Below, one piece after another: positions 31,454 to 42,766 of a stretch of 64,000 nt of DNA. This DNA comes from Rebecca billardiae RCC1528 (Eukaryota; Protista; Haptophyta): contig OZ251239.1 in NCBI GenBank assembly GCA_965240325.2, forward strand, positions 1,426,001 through 1,490,000, given 5' to 3'. The notes under the pieces are model-generated. The model worked only from the letters and a program-made list of their open reading frames with translations. It made no database searches and had not been told where the DNA came from. Within the stretch, counting starts at the first letter, position 1; the number at the start of each line of letters is the position of its first letter. Position numbers and translations under genes: made by a program.

Positions 31454-33229
31454 TCAATCTCCGCGGACGAGCTGTGCACGTGTGCTCTCAAGCTGGGCAC
31501 GTGTACTCTCAAGCTGGGCGCGTATGCTCTCGAGCTGTGCACGTGTGCTCTCAAGCTGATGGGCACTTGCGCTCTCAATAAGCTCGGTAAGTGATGAGCT
31601 CTCGAGCTGGGCGCGTGTACTCTCAAGCTGGGCGCGTGTGCCTTCAAGCTGGGCACGTGAGCTCTCAAGCTCGGCACGTGAGCTCTCAAGCTCGGTACGC
31701 AAACTCGCAAGTTCTGCACACGTGCACTCGAGCTCGGCACGTGCGCTCTCGAGCTCGGCGCGTGTGCCTTCGAGCTCGGCGCGTGTGCCTTCGAGCTCGG
31801 CGCGTGTGCGCTCGAGCTGGGCACGCGTGCCCTCCAGCTGGGCACGTGTGCTTTCGAGCTGGGCACGTGTGCGTTTGGCGGCGGCGTGCTCGTCAGCGAG
31901 CTCGGAGGCAGCATCGGAGTGCACTGTATCAGCGGCTTGTTCGAGCAGCTGGTCGAGCAGCGGGGCGTCTGCCGTGTGCTCACCGCCACCACTGCCGCCT
32001 GGGCCGTCAGCAGGCGGGACGGCGAGCAAGGCTGGCTGTGTGCACGTAGCGTGCGTCCTGCTCGGCCCCGCGCGCTTGCCCGGCCAGTCCCCTCTGCTGC
32101 GCGGGCCGCTGCAGCTCACGACATCAGGGCGACGCGGAGGGCGAGCCTCCGCGCGAGCGGTGGCCACGCGCTGCTGTGGATGCGGCTGCAAAGCGGCAGC
32201 AGCGGGGGCTGCGGTTGGGCGGCCGCCGTTGTGCTGCATGCGCCTGCGCTTTGCGCTGCCGCCCTGCTGAGGCCCAGGGGCTGCAGCCCGCTTGCGCTCG
32301 CGCCAGGCGCGCACGCTGATCATGCCGGCCAGCTTGTGCGTGGCGCAGCGGCTGGCACGTGTGTCGCCCGGCATGCCGAAGGATGGCACCTTGTCACAGC
32401 CTGCATGCTCGCACCTGCGGTTGTGCACGTCCACCATGCCGGCCAGCTTGTGCGTGGCGCAGCGGCTGGCACGTGTGTCACCCGGCATGCCGAAGTGCGG
32501 CTGCTTGTCACAGCCGGCATGCTCGCACCTGCGGCTGACCACGTTGACCATGCCGGCCAGCTTGTGCGTGGTGCAGCGGCTGGCACGTGTGTCGCCCGGC
32601 ATGCCATAGGACGGCCCCTTGTCACAGCCGGCATGCTCGCACCTTCGGCTCTTCACGTCCACCATGCCGGCCAGCTTGTGCGTGGCGCAGCGGCTGGCAC
32701 GTGTGTCGCCAGGCATGCCGAAGTGCGGCTGCTTGTCACAACCGGCATGCTCGCACCTGCGGTGCTGCACGTCCACCATGCCGGCCAGCTTGTGTGTGGC
32801 GCAGCGGCTGGGGCGTGTGTCGCCCGGCATGCCGAAGGATGGCTGCTTGTCACAGCCTGCAAGCTCGCACCTGCGGTTGACCACGTGCAAATTCACCATG
32901 CTGGCCAGCTTGTGCGTGACGCAGCGGCTGGCACGTGTGTCGCCATGCATGCCGAAGTGCGGCCGCTTGTCACAGCCGGCATGCTCGCACCTGCGGCTCT
33001 TCACATCGACCATGCCGGCCAGCTTGTGCGTGGCGCAGCGGCTGGCACGTGCGTCGCCCGGCATGCCAAAGGACGGCACCTTGTCACAGCCAGCATGCTC
33101 GCACCTGCGGCTCTTCACATCGACCATGCCGGCCAGCTTGTGCGTGGCGCAGCGGCTGGCACGTGTGTCGCCCGGCATGCCAAATGTAGCATACACGCCA
33201 CAGCCAGCTCGGCCGCACATGCTGGGCAT
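31454..33229 (-). CDS. EsV-1-7 repeat protein (8 repeats) + heptad coiled coil, array copy 2
   Basis: As copy 1, with one more heptad and a different terminus (QLVRGD). Confidence 0.85.
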   Translation of the reverse strand: MPSMCGRAGCGVYATFGMPGDTRASRCATHKLAGMVDVKSRRCEHAGCDKVPSFGMPGDARASRCATHKLAGMVDVKSRRCEHAGCDKRPHFGMHGDTRASRCVTHKLASMVNLHVVNRRCELAGCDKQPSFGMPGDTRPSRCATHKLAGMVDVQHRRCEHAGCDKQPHFGMPGDTRASRCATHKLAGMVDVKSRRCEHAGCDKGPSYGMPGDTRASRCTTHKLAGMVNVVSRRCEHAGCDKQPHFGMPGDTRASRCATHKLAGMVDVHNRRCEHAGCDKVPSFGMPGDTRASRCATHKLAGMISVRAWRERKRAAAPGPQQGGSAKRRRMQHNGGRPTAAPAAAALQPHPQQRVATARAEARPPRRPDVVSCSGPRSRGDWPGKRAGPSRTHATCTQPALLAVPPADGPGGSGGGEHTADAPLLDQLLEQAADTVHSDAASELADEHAAAKRTRAQLESTRAQLEGTRAQLERTRAELEGTRAELEGTRAELESARAELECTCAELASLRTELESSRAELESSRAQLEGTRAQLESTRAQLESSSLTELIESASAHQLESTRAQLESIRAQLESTRAQLESTRAQLVRGD

Positions 33230-33359
33230 CCTCGCGCGCGTCAGCCACTTAGCGTGTGCCGTGCTACTCGAAAGGGCAGTGAAGACCTGCCTAGCAGCTC
33301 GAGGGCGAGGCCGCCATCGTGCGGCCGTGGCGGCGCACAGAATGATCAAGACGAGCATC

Positions 33360-35840
33360 ATGGCGGATGAGTTTGACCAGCCCTCCTCCGACGATGACGA
33401 CACGGAGGACGCGCTGGGCTGGCTTGAGGCGCCCGCCCTCGGCGAGAGCAGCAGTAGCGACGAGGCGGCTTCGGATTCGAGCGAGTCGAGCGACGGCGGC
33501 CTCACCTCGGCCTCGCCGCACGGGTGCACGCTGCGCAACACGGCGCGCGCCGGTCCGCCTGTGCGCGCATGGCATGACGCGGTGCCGTCGGCGCGTGAGC
33601 GCGCGGCGCTCGCTGCCGACGCGCGTCGGCTCGTGGGCCGCACCTTTTGGATCGAGGAGGGCGACGAGCCCGCGTGTGCCGCGGAGCGCCTCGCGTTGGA
33701 CGTGCTGCGCTTCCACTCGAAGAGCGCAGGCGCGCCCGACCTGCGCGGCGCCGAGTGGTGGGCGCAGGTGCGCACCTCGGCGGGATCGCCGACGATTGAG
33801 ATGCACTGGGACTCGGACGAGGAGCACAAGGCGAGCACGGGCGAGCACCTGCCCCCGTGGCTGGCCACAGTCACGTACCTCGGCTCTGCCGGCGCGCCAA
33901 CGCTCGTGCTGCCCGTGGGCGCAGACGCGCACGGCCGCGCGCGCCGGCTGCGCGCGGGAGGCGCTGCGTTCGTCTCGCAGCCCGTGGCGGGCAAGCACCT
34001 GGCGTTTGACGGGCGCCTGCTGCACGGCGCGCTGCACGCGCTCGAGGCGCCCTCCCCGAGCGCGTACGAGCGCATCTCCGTGCTGGTCAACCTGTGGGCG
34101 TGCCACAGGCCGGACGCACACCGGCTGGACGGCGCAGAGGCGCGCGCGCTCGCGGCGCAGAGCGGCTGGGTGGCGCGCGGCACCGCGCCGGGCGAGGCGG
34201 CGCTGGCCGGTGCACGGAGCGCCGCGTGCGTGAGCGCGGACGCCGGGCTGCTCGACGCGAGCGAGTGGCGCACGCTGCGCGTGCGCTTCACGCCCGAGCG
34301 GCGGCTGCTCGCGCGCCACCCCGATTGGCGCGCCCTCGGGATTGGCTTCCCGTTCGCTCACCCGGCCGTGCAGGTGCGGGGCCTCGTGGCGCCGGCGGGG
34401 CGCGCCGTGCCCTCGCTCACGCGCGTGCGCGCCGTGGGCCTTCGGCTGCCGTTCGAGGTGGCGGAGGCGGCGCCGGCGGTCGCGCACGGCGCAGCTTGCG
34501 CGCTGCTGTGCGCCGCTGCGCAGGAGGTGGCCGCGGCCGCGGACTGGCGGGCGCGCCGAGGGCTGCGCGCCGCCGTCGCGCAGCTGCGGCCCTACCTCGC
34601 CGCCGCGCCAAACACCGTGGCGCCCACGCGCCCAGCTGCCGCCGGCGCGGGCACGGCCGCCAGCGCCGCTCCCGCCGCTGCGCCGCCGGCCGCCACTGCG
34701 CCCTGCGCCGCTGCGGCCGAGCTGCTGCGCGCTGACGACGCGGAGGACGACGCGTGCGCCGCCGACGCGACGGCCACGCTCGCCCTCTTCGGCTGGGGAG
34801 ACGGGGGCGAGGGCGGGGGCGAGGACGGGGGCGAGGACGGGGGCGAGGCCCGCGCGGCAGAGGTGGATGACCACCCGCCCGTGTGCGGCGGCGTGTGGTC
34901 GCGCCCCGCCCTGTGCGGCGAGGCGCCCCTCGTGTACCTGGCGCGCGAGGGGCTCGAGGCGAGCGCGCTCTGCGTGCTCTCCGGCGCGGCCGGCGTCGAG
35001 ATCGGCCGCGAGATCGGCCGCCGAGATCGGCTCGAGATCGACCGGGCCGACGTGGACGGCTTCAGCGCGCTGCACTACGCGTGCAACCTCGGGCTGGCCC
35101 GGCTCGCGGCCGCGCTGCTCGAGCGCGGCGCGTGCACGCGCGGCACAACGCGCGACGTGCCCACCCTCTCCGAGCCGCGCGGCCGCACGCCACTCCACCT
35201 GGCGGCCGCGGCCGGGCAGGCCGGCATCGCGCGCGCGCTCGTGCGCGCGCGCGCGGACGCGCGCGCGCTCGACGGCCAGGGCGCGAGCCCCGCGCACCTC
35301 GCCTGCCGGCGCGGGCACTGGCGGCTGGCGCAGGCGCTGCTCCGACCCGCGCCGGGCGCGCGGCGCGAGGGCGCGGCGGCGGAGCCGGAGGAGGGCCTCC
35401 CCGAGGGCCTCCCCTCCGAGCAGGAGATGCGCGGCTTTGAGCTCGCGGAGGCGATGTCGGTGCGCGCGCGCGACGAGGCGCGCCGGTGCATCGAGCACCG
35501 GCCGTTGCTGCACGCGCCCCTCGTCCTCGGCGGGCTGCTCGGCCCGGCGGCGTGCTCGGCGCTCACGGCCGCGGCCGAGCGCTGCGCCGCGCGGCGCGGC
35601 TGGCAGTCCACACGGCACACGCACCACCCGACCGTCGACCTGCCACTGCACGACCTGCCAGCGACGCACTACGCCGGCGCGCGGCGCGGTGCTCGAGCGC
35701 GGCGCGCTGCCGCGGCTGCGCGCGGCGTACGGCACGCGCGCGCTCGCCATCCGCGAGGCGTTCGTCGTCCGAAGTACGAGGCGCCTGATGAGGCCGGGCA
35801 GCAGTCGCATGCACCATGCAGTATGCACAACCTTTCCTGA
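33360..35840 (+). CDS. 2OG-Fe(II) oxygenase/ankyrin protein, truncated copy 2 (possible pseudogene)
   Basis: Same lesions as copy 1 plus a 7-bp insertion near 35820. Confidence 0.7.
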   Translation: MADEFDQPSSDDDDTEDALGWLEAPALGESSSSDEAASDSSESSDGGLTSASPHGCTLRNTARAGPPVRAWHDAVPSARERAALAADARRLVGRTFWIEEGDEPACAAERLALDVLRFHSKSAGAPDLRGAEWWAQVRTSAGSPTIEMHWDSDEEHKASTGEHLPPWLATVTYLGSAGAPTLVLPVGADAHGRARRLRAGGAAFVSQPVAGKHLAFDGRLLHGALHALEAPSPSAYERISVLVNLWACHRPDAHRLDGAEARALAAQSGWVARGTAPGEAALAGARSAACVSADAGLLDASEWRTLRVRFTPERRLLARHPDWRALGIGFPFAHPAVQVRGLVAPAGRAVPSLTRVRAVGLRLPFEVAEAAPAVAHGAACALLCAAAQEVAAAADWRARRGLRAAVAQLRPYLAAAPNTVAPTRPAAAGAGTAASAAPAAAPPAATAPCAAAAELLRADDAEDDACAADATATLALFGWGDGGEGGGEDGGEDGGEARAAEVDDHPPVCGGVWSRPALCGEAPLVYLAREGLEASALCVLSGAAGVEIGREIGRRDRLEIDRADVDGFSALHYACNLGLARLAAALLERGACTRGTTRDVPTLSEPRGRTPLHLAAAAGQAGIARALVRARADARALDGQGASPAHLACRRGHWRLAQALLRPAPGARREGAAAEPEEGLPEGLPSEQEMRGFELAEAMSVRARDEARRCIEHRPLLHAPLVLGGLLGPAACSALTAAAERCAARRGWQSTRHTHHPTVDLPLHDLPATHYAGARRGARARRAAAAARGVRHARARHPRGVRRPKYEAPDEAGQQSHAPCSMHNLS

Positions 35841-36164
35841 ACCCTCTTGACATAGTCGTAGTGGATGATACGTATGCTGTCGACCGTAGTATCATCAAAG
35901 CAGCGCGCTGGCAGGTGATATATGCTGGGCGAATGCGATGAGCATCGATCATCATCAAGGCAGTGATGATGCGACCGTGTCGTATACTCGTCTGTTATTA
36001 TTACGTACGTACTCACTTAAGTCACTCCGCCAGCCGCCATAGCCCATAGTCGCGGGCCGCGGTGAGGCCCCGGGGCTGCTGCCGCTGGCCGCAGCAGCTC
36101 ACTAATGAGTGATGCTGAGTAGTCACCGCGCGCCGTGGCGGTCATCATGTACGTATGATGCCCG

Positions 36165-37940
36165 TCAATCTCCGCGGACGAGCTGTGCACGTGTGCTCTC
36201 AAGCTGGGCACGTGTACTCTCAAGCTGGGCGCGTATGCTCTCGAGCTGTGCACGTGTGCTCTCAAGCTGATGGGCACTTGCGCTCTCAATAAGCTCGGTA
36301 AGTGATGAGCTCTCGAGCTGGGCGCGTGTACTCTCAAGCTGGGCGCGTGTGCCTTCAAGCTGGGCACGTGAGCTCTCAAGCTCGGCACGTGAGCTCTCAA
36401 GCTCGGTACGCAAACTCGCAAGTTCTGCACACGTGCACTCGAGCTCGGCACGTGCGCTCTCGAGCTCGGCGCGTGTGCCTTCGAGCTCGGCGCGTGTGCC
36501 TTCGAGCTCGGCGCGTGTGCGCTCGAGCTGGGCACGCGTGCCCTCCAGCTGGGCACGTGTGCTTTCGAGCTGGGCACGTGTGCGTTTGGCGGCGGCGTGC
36601 TCGTCAGCGAGCTCGGAGGCAGCATCGGAGTGCACTGTATCAGCGGCTTGTTCGAGCAGCTGGTCGAGCAGCGGGGCGTCTGCCGTGTGCTCACCGCCAC
36701 CACTGCCGCCTGGGCCGTCAGCAGGCGGGACGGCGAGCAAGGCTGGCTGTGTGCACGTAGCGTGCGTCCTGCTCGGCCCCGCGCGCTTGCCCGGCCAGTC
36801 CCCTCTGCTGCGCGGGCCGCTGCAGCTCACGACATCAGGGCGACGCGGAGGGCGAGCCTCCGCGCGAGCGGTGGCCACGCGCTGCTGTGGATGCGGCTGC
36901 AAAGCGGCAGCAGCGGGGGCTGCGGTTGGGCGGCCGCCGTTGTGCTGCATGCGCCTGCGCTTTGCGCTGCCGCCCTGCTGAGGCCCAGGGGCTGCAGCCC
37001 GCTTGCGCTCGCGCCAGGCGCGCACGCTGATCATGCCGGCCAGCTTGTGCGTGGCGCAGCGGCTGGCACGTGTGTCGCCCGGCATGCCGAAGGATGGCAC
37101 CTTGTCACAGCCTGCATGCTCGCACCTGCGGTTGTGCACGTCCACCATGCCGGCCAGCTTGTGCGTGGCGCAGCGGCTGGCACGTGTGTCACCCGGCATG
37201 CCGAAGTGCGGCTGCTTGTCACAGCCGGCATGCTCGCACCTGCGGCTGACCACGTTGACCATGCCGGCCAGCTTGTGCGTGGTGCAGCGGCTGGCACGTG
37301 TGTCGCCCGGCATGCCATAGGACGGCCCCTTGTCACAGCCGGCATGCTCGCACCTTCGGCTCTTCACGTCCACCATGCCGGCCAGCTTGTGCGTGGCGCA
37401 GCGGCTGGCACGTGTGTCGCCAGGCATGCCGAAGTGCGGCTGCTTGTCACAACCGGCATGCTCGCACCTGCGGTGCTGCACGTCCACCATGCCGGCCAGC
37501 TTGTGTGTGGCGCAGCGGCTGGGGCGTGTGTCGCCCGGCATGCCGAAGGATGGCTGCTTGTCACAGCCTGCAAGCTCGCACCTGCGGTTGACCACGTGCA
37601 AATTCACCATGCTGGCCAGCTTGTGCGTGACGCAGCGGCTGGCACGTGTGTCGCCATGCATGCCGAAGTGCGGCCGCTTGTCACCGCCGGCATGCTCGCA
37701 CCTGCGGCTCTTCACATCGACCATGCCGGCCAGCTTGTGCGTGGCGCAGCGGCTGGCACGTGCGTCGCCCGGCATGCCAAAGGACGGCACCTTGTCACAG
37801 CCAGCATGCTCGCACCTGCGGCTCTTCACATCGACCATGCCGGCCAGCTTGTGCGTGGCGCAGCGGCTGGCACGTGTGTCGCCCGGCATGCCAAATGTAG
37901 CATACACGCCACAGCCAGCTCGGCCGCACATGCTGGGCAT
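36165..37940 (-). CDS. EsV-1-7 repeat protein (8 repeats) + heptad coiled coil, array copy 3
   Basis: As copy 2, except repeat 3 reads CEHAGGDK (Cys to Gly). Confidence 0.85.
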   Translation of the reverse strand: MPSMCGRAGCGVYATFGMPGDTRASRCATHKLAGMVDVKSRRCEHAGCDKVPSFGMPGDARASRCATHKLAGMVDVKSRRCEHAGGDKRPHFGMHGDTRASRCVTHKLASMVNLHVVNRRCELAGCDKQPSFGMPGDTRPSRCATHKLAGMVDVQHRRCEHAGCDKQPHFGMPGDTRASRCATHKLAGMVDVKSRRCEHAGCDKGPSYGMPGDTRASRCTTHKLAGMVNVVSRRCEHAGCDKQPHFGMPGDTRASRCATHKLAGMVDVHNRRCEHAGCDKVPSFGMPGDTRASRCATHKLAGMISVRAWRERKRAAAPGPQQGGSAKRRRMQHNGGRPTAAPAAAALQPHPQQRVATARAEARPPRRPDVVSCSGPRSRGDWPGKRAGPSRTHATCTQPALLAVPPADGPGGSGGGEHTADAPLLDQLLEQAADTVHSDAASELADEHAAAKRTRAQLESTRAQLEGTRAQLERTRAELEGTRAELEGTRAELESARAELECTCAELASLRTELESSRAELESSRAQLEGTRAQLESTRAQLESSSLTELIESASAHQLESTRAQLESIRAQLESTRAQLESTRAQLVRGD

Positions 37941-38070
37941 CCTCGCGCGCGTCAGCCACTTAGCGTGTGCCGTGCTACTCGAAAGGGCAGTGAAGACCTG
38001 CCTAGCAGCTCGAGGGCGAGGCCGCCATCGTGCGGCCGTGGCGGCGCACAGAATGATCAAGACGAGCATC

Positions 38071-40554
38071 ATGGCGGATGAGTTTGACCAGCCCTCCTCC
38101 GACGATGACGACACGGAGGACGCGCTGGGCTGGCTTGAGGCGCCCGCCCTCGGCGAGAGCAGCAGTAGCGACGAGGCGGCTTCGGATTCGAGCGAGTCGA
38201 GCGACGGCGGCCTCACCTCGGCCTCGCCGCACGGGTGCACGCTGCGCAACACGGCGCGCGCCGGTCCGCCTGTGCGCGCATGGCATGACGCGGTGCCGTC
38301 GGCGCGTGAGCGCGCGGCGCTCGCTGCCGACGCGCGTCGGCTCGTGGGCCGCACCTTTTGGATCGAGGAGGGCGACGAGCCCGCGTGTGCCGCGGAGCGC
38401 CTCGCGTTGGACGTGCTGCGCTTCCACTCGAAGAGCGCAGGCGCGCCCGACCTGCGCGGCGCCGAGTGGTGGGCGCAGGTGCGCACCTCGGCGGGATCGC
38501 CGACGATTGAGATGCACTGGGACTCGGACGAGGAGCACAAGGCGAGCACGGGCGAGCACCTGCCCCCGTGGCTGGCCACAGTCACGTACCTCGGCTCTGC
38601 CGGCGCGCCAACGCTCGTGCTGCCCGTGGGCGCAGACGCGCACGGCCGCGCGCGCCGGCTGCGCGCGGGAGGCGCCGCGTTCGTCTCGCAGCCCGTGGCG
38701 GGCAAGCACCTGGCGTTTGACGGGCGCCTGCTGCACGGCGCGCTGCACGCGCTCGAGGCGCCCTCCGCGAGCGCGTACGAGCGCATCTCCGTGCTGGTCA
38801 ACCTGTGGGCGTGCCACAGGCCGGACGCACACCGGCTGGACGGCGCAGAGGCGCGCGCGCTCGCGGCGCAGAGCGGCTGGGTGGCGCGCGGCACCGCGCC
38901 GGGCGAGGCGGCGCTGGCCGGTGCACGGAGCGCCGCGTGCGTGAGCGCGGACGCCGGGCTGCTCGACGCGAGCGAGTGGCGCACGCTGCGCGTGCGCTTC
39001 ACGCCCGAGCGGCGGCTGCTCGCGCGCCACCCCGATTGGCGCGCCCTCGGGATTGGCTTCCCGTTCTCTCACCCGGCCGTGCAGGTGCGGGGCCTCGTGG
39101 CGCCGGCGGGGCGCGCCGTGCCCTCGCTCACGCGCGTGCGCGCCGTGGGCCTTCGGCTGCCGTTCGAGGCGGCGGAGGCGGCGCAGGCGGTCGCGCACGG
39201 CGCAGCTTGCGCGCTGCTGTGCGCCGCGGCGCAGGAGGTGGCCGCGGCCGCGGACTGGCGGGCGCGCCGAGGGCTGCGCGCCGCCGTCGCGCAGCTGCGG
39301 CCCTACCTCGCCGCCGCGCCAAACACCGCGGCGCCCACGCGCCCAGCTGCCGCAGGCGCGGGCACGGCCGCCAGCGCCGCTCCCGCCGCTGCGCCGCCGG
39401 CCGCCACTGCGCCCTGCGCCGCTGCGGCCGAGCTGCTGCGCGCTGACGACGCGGAGGACGACGCGTGCGCCGCCGACGCGACGGCCACGCTCGCCCTCTT
39501 CGGCTGGGGAGACGGGGGCGAGGGCGGGGGCGAGGACGGGGGCGAGGACGGGGGCGAGGCCCGCGCGGCAGAGGCGGATGGCCGCCCGCCCGTGTGCGGC
39601 GGCGTGTGGTCGCGCCCCGCCCTGTGCGGCGAGGCGCCCCTCGTGTACCTGGCGCGCGAGGGGCTCGAGGCGAGCGCGCTCTGCGTGCTCTCCGGCGCGG
39701 CCGGCGTCGAGATCGGCCGCGAGATCGGCCGCCGAGATCGGCTCGAGATCGACCGGGCCGACGTGGACGGCTTCAGCGCGCTGCACTACGCGTGCAACCT
39801 CGGGCTGGCCCGGCTCGCGGCCGCGCTGCTCGAGCGCGGCGCGTGCACGCGCGGCACAACGCGCGACGCGCCCACCCTCTCCGAGCCGCGCGGCCGCACG
39901 CCGCTCCACCTGGCGGCCGCGGCCGGGCAGGCCGGCATCGCGCGCGCGCTCGTGCGCGCGCGCGCGGACGCGCGCGCGCTCGACGGCCAGGGCGCGAGCC
40001 CCGCGCACCTCGCCTGCCGGCGCGGGCACTGGCGGCTGGCGCAGGCGCTGCTCCGACCCGCGCCGGGCGCGCGGCGCGAGGGCGCGGCGGCGGAGCCGGA
40101 GGAGGGCCTCCCCGAGGGCCTCCCCTCCGAGCAGGAGATGCGCGGCTTTGAGCTCGCGGAGGCGATGTCGGTGCGCGCGCGCGACGAGGCGCGCCGGTGC
40201 ATCGAGCACCGGCCGTTGCTGCACGCGCCCCTCGTCCTCGGCGGGCTGCTCGGCCCGGCGGCGTGCTCGGCGCTCACGGCCGCGGCCGAGCGCTGCGCCG
40301 CGCGGCGCGGCTGGCAGTCCAGACGGCACACGCACCACCCGACCGTCGACCTGCCACTGCACGACCTGCCAGCGACGCACTACGCCGGCGCGCGGCGCGG
40401 TGCTCGAGCGCGGCGCGCTGCCGCGGCTGCGCGCGGCGTACGGCACGCGCGCGCTCGCCATCCGCGAGGCGTTCGTCGTCCGAAGTACGAGGCGCCTGAT
40501 GAGGCCGGGCAGCAGTCGCATGCACCATGCACAACCTTTCCTGAACCCTCTTGA
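38071..40554 (+). CDS. 2OG-Fe(II) oxygenase/ankyrin protein, truncated copy 3 (possible pseudogene)
   Basis: Same truncation as copy 1. Confidence 0.7.
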   Translation: MADEFDQPSSDDDDTEDALGWLEAPALGESSSSDEAASDSSESSDGGLTSASPHGCTLRNTARAGPPVRAWHDAVPSARERAALAADARRLVGRTFWIEEGDEPACAAERLALDVLRFHSKSAGAPDLRGAEWWAQVRTSAGSPTIEMHWDSDEEHKASTGEHLPPWLATVTYLGSAGAPTLVLPVGADAHGRARRLRAGGAAFVSQPVAGKHLAFDGRLLHGALHALEAPSASAYERISVLVNLWACHRPDAHRLDGAEARALAAQSGWVARGTAPGEAALAGARSAACVSADAGLLDASEWRTLRVRFTPERRLLARHPDWRALGIGFPFSHPAVQVRGLVAPAGRAVPSLTRVRAVGLRLPFEAAEAAQAVAHGAACALLCAAAQEVAAAADWRARRGLRAAVAQLRPYLAAAPNTAAPTRPAAAGAGTAASAAPAAAPPAATAPCAAAAELLRADDAEDDACAADATATLALFGWGDGGEGGGEDGGEDGGEARAAEADGRPPVCGGVWSRPALCGEAPLVYLAREGLEASALCVLSGAAGVEIGREIGRRDRLEIDRADVDGFSALHYACNLGLARLAAALLERGACTRGTTRDAPTLSEPRGRTPLHLAAAAGQAGIARALVRARADARALDGQGASPAHLACRRGHWRLAQALLRPAPGARREGAAAEPEEGLPEGLPSEQEMRGFELAEAMSVRARDEARRCIEHRPLLHAPLVLGGLLGPAACSALTAAAERCAARRGWQSRRHTHHPTVDLPLHDLPATHYAGARRGARARRAAAAARGVRHARARHPRGVRRPKYEAPDEAGQQSHAPCTTFPEPS

Positions 40555-40860
40555 CATAGTCGTAGTGGATGATACGTATGCTGTCGACCGTAGTATCATC
40601 AAAGCAGCGCGCTGGCAGGTGATATATGCTGGGCGAATGCGATGAGCATCGATCATCATCAAGGCAGTGATGATGCGACCGTGTCGTATACTCGTCTGTT
40701 ATTATTACGTACGTACTCACTTAAGTCACTCCGCCAGCCGCCATATCGCGGGCCGCGGTGAGGCCCCGGGGCTGCTGCCGCTGGCCGCAGCAGCTCACTA
40801 ATGAGTGATGCTGAGTAGTCACCGCGCGCCGTGGCGGTCATCATGTACGTATGATGCCCG

Positions 40861-42636
40861 TCAATCTCCGCGGACGAGCTGTGCACGTGTGCTCTCAAGC
40901 TGGGCACGTGTACTCTCAAGCTGGGCGCGTATGCTCTCGAGCTGTGCACGTGTGCTCTCAAGCTGATGGGCACTTGCGCTCTCAATAAGCTCGGTAAGTG
41001 ATGAGCTCTCGAGCTGGGCGCGTGTACTCTCAAGCTGGGCGCGTGTGCCTTCAAGCTGGGCACGTGAGCTCTCAAGCTCGGCACGTGAGCTCTCAAGCTC
41101 GGTACGCAAACTCGCAAGTTCTGCACACGTGCACTCGAGCTCGGCACGTGCGCTCTCGAGCTCGGCGCGTGTGCCTTCGAGCTCGGCGCGTGTGCCTTCG
41201 AGCTCGGCGCGTGTGCGCTCGAGCTGGGCACGCGTGCCCTCCAGCTGGGCACGTGTGCTTTCGAGCTGGGCACGTGTGCGTTTGGCGGCGGCGTGCTCGT
41301 CAGCGAGCTCGGAGGCAGCATCGGAGTGCACTGTATCAGCGGCTTGTTCGAGCAGCTGGTCGAGCAGCGGGGCGTCTGCCGTGTGCTCACCGCCACCACT
41401 GCCGCCTGGGCCGTCAGCAGGCGGGACGGCGAGCAAGGCTGGCTGTGTGCACGTAGCGTGCGTCCTGCTCGGCCCCGCGCGCTTGCCCGGCCAGTCCCCT
41501 CTGCTGCGCGGGCCGCTGCAGCTCACGACATCAGGGCGACGCGGAGGGCGAGCCTCCGCGCGAGCGGTGGCCACGCGCTGCTGTGGATGCGGCTGCAAAG
41601 CGGCAGCAGCGGGGGCTGCGGTTGGGCGGCCGCCGTTGTGCTGCATGCGCCTGCGCTTTGCGCTGCCGCCCTGCTGAGGCCCAGGGGCTGCAGCCCGCTT
41701 GCGCTCGCGCCAGGCGCGCACGCTGATCATGCCGGCCAGCTTGTGCGTGGCGCAGCGGCTGGCACGTGTGTCGCCCGGCATGCCGAAGGATGGCACCTTG
41801 TCACAGCCTGCATGCTCGCACCTGCGGTTGTGCACGTCCACCATGCCGGCCAGCTTGTGCGTGGCGCAGCGGCTGGCACGTGTGTCACCCGGCATGCCGA
41901 AGTGCGGCTGCTTGTCACAGCCGGCATGCTCGCACCTGCGGCTGACCACGTTGACCATGCCGGCCAGCTTGTGCGTGGTGCAGCGGCTGGCACGTGTGTC
42001 GCCCGGCATGCCATAGGACGGCCCCTTGTCACAGCCGGCATGCTCGCACCTTCGGCTCTTCACGTCCACCATGCCGGCCAGCTTGTGCGTGGCGCAGCGG
42101 CTGGCACGTGTGTCGCCAGGCATGCCGAAGTGCGGCTGCTTGTCACAACCGGCATGCTCGCACCTGCGGTGCTGCACGTCCACCATGCCGGCCAGCTTGT
42201 GTGTGGCGCAGCGGCTGGGGCGTGTGTCGCCCGGCATGCCGAAGGATGGCTGCTTGTCACAGCCTGCAAGCTCGCACCTGCGGTTGACCACGTGCAAATT
42301 CACCATGCTGGCCAGCTTGTGCGTGACGCAGCGGCTGGCACGTGTGTCGCCATGCATGCCGAAGTGCGGCCGCTTGTCACAGCCGGCATGCTCGCACCTG
42401 CGGCTCTTCACATCGACCATGCCGGCCAGCTTGTGCGTGGCGCAGCGGCTGGCACGTGCGTCGCCCGGCATGCCAAAGGACGGCACCTTGTCACAGCCAG
42501 CATGCTCGCACCTGCGGCTCTTCACATCGACCATGCCGGCCAGCTTGTGCGTGGCGCAGCGGCTGGCACGTGTGTCGCCCGGCATGCCAAATGTAGCATA
42601 CACGCCACAGCCAGCTCGGCCGCACATGCTGGGCAT
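40861..42636 (-). CDS. EsV-1-7 repeat protein (8 repeats) + heptad coiled coil, array copy 4
   Basis: Same protein as copy 2. Confidence 0.85.
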   Translation of the reverse strand: MPSMCGRAGCGVYATFGMPGDTRASRCATHKLAGMVDVKSRRCEHAGCDKVPSFGMPGDARASRCATHKLAGMVDVKSRRCEHAGCDKRPHFGMHGDTRASRCVTHKLASMVNLHVVNRRCELAGCDKQPSFGMPGDTRPSRCATHKLAGMVDVQHRRCEHAGCDKQPHFGMPGDTRASRCATHKLAGMVDVKSRRCEHAGCDKGPSYGMPGDTRASRCTTHKLAGMVNVVSRRCEHAGCDKQPHFGMPGDTRASRCATHKLAGMVDVHNRRCEHAGCDKVPSFGMPGDTRASRCATHKLAGMISVRAWRERKRAAAPGPQQGGSAKRRRMQHNGGRPTAAPAAAALQPHPQQRVATARAEARPPRRPDVVSCSGPRSRGDWPGKRAGPSRTHATCTQPALLAVPPADGPGGSGGGEHTADAPLLDQLLEQAADTVHSDAASELADEHAAAKRTRAQLESTRAQLEGTRAQLERTRAELEGTRAELEGTRAELESARAELECTCAELASLRTELESSRAELESSRAQLEGTRAQLESTRAQLESSSLTELIESASAHQLESTRAQLESIRAQLESTRAQLESTRAQLVRGD

Positions 42637-42766
42637 CCTCGCGCGCGTCAGCCACTTAGCGTGTGCCGTGCTACTCGAAAGGGCAGTGAAGACCTGCCTA
42701 GCAGCTCGAGGGCGAGGCCGCCATCGTGCGGCCGTGGCGGCGCACAGAATGATCAAGACGAGCATC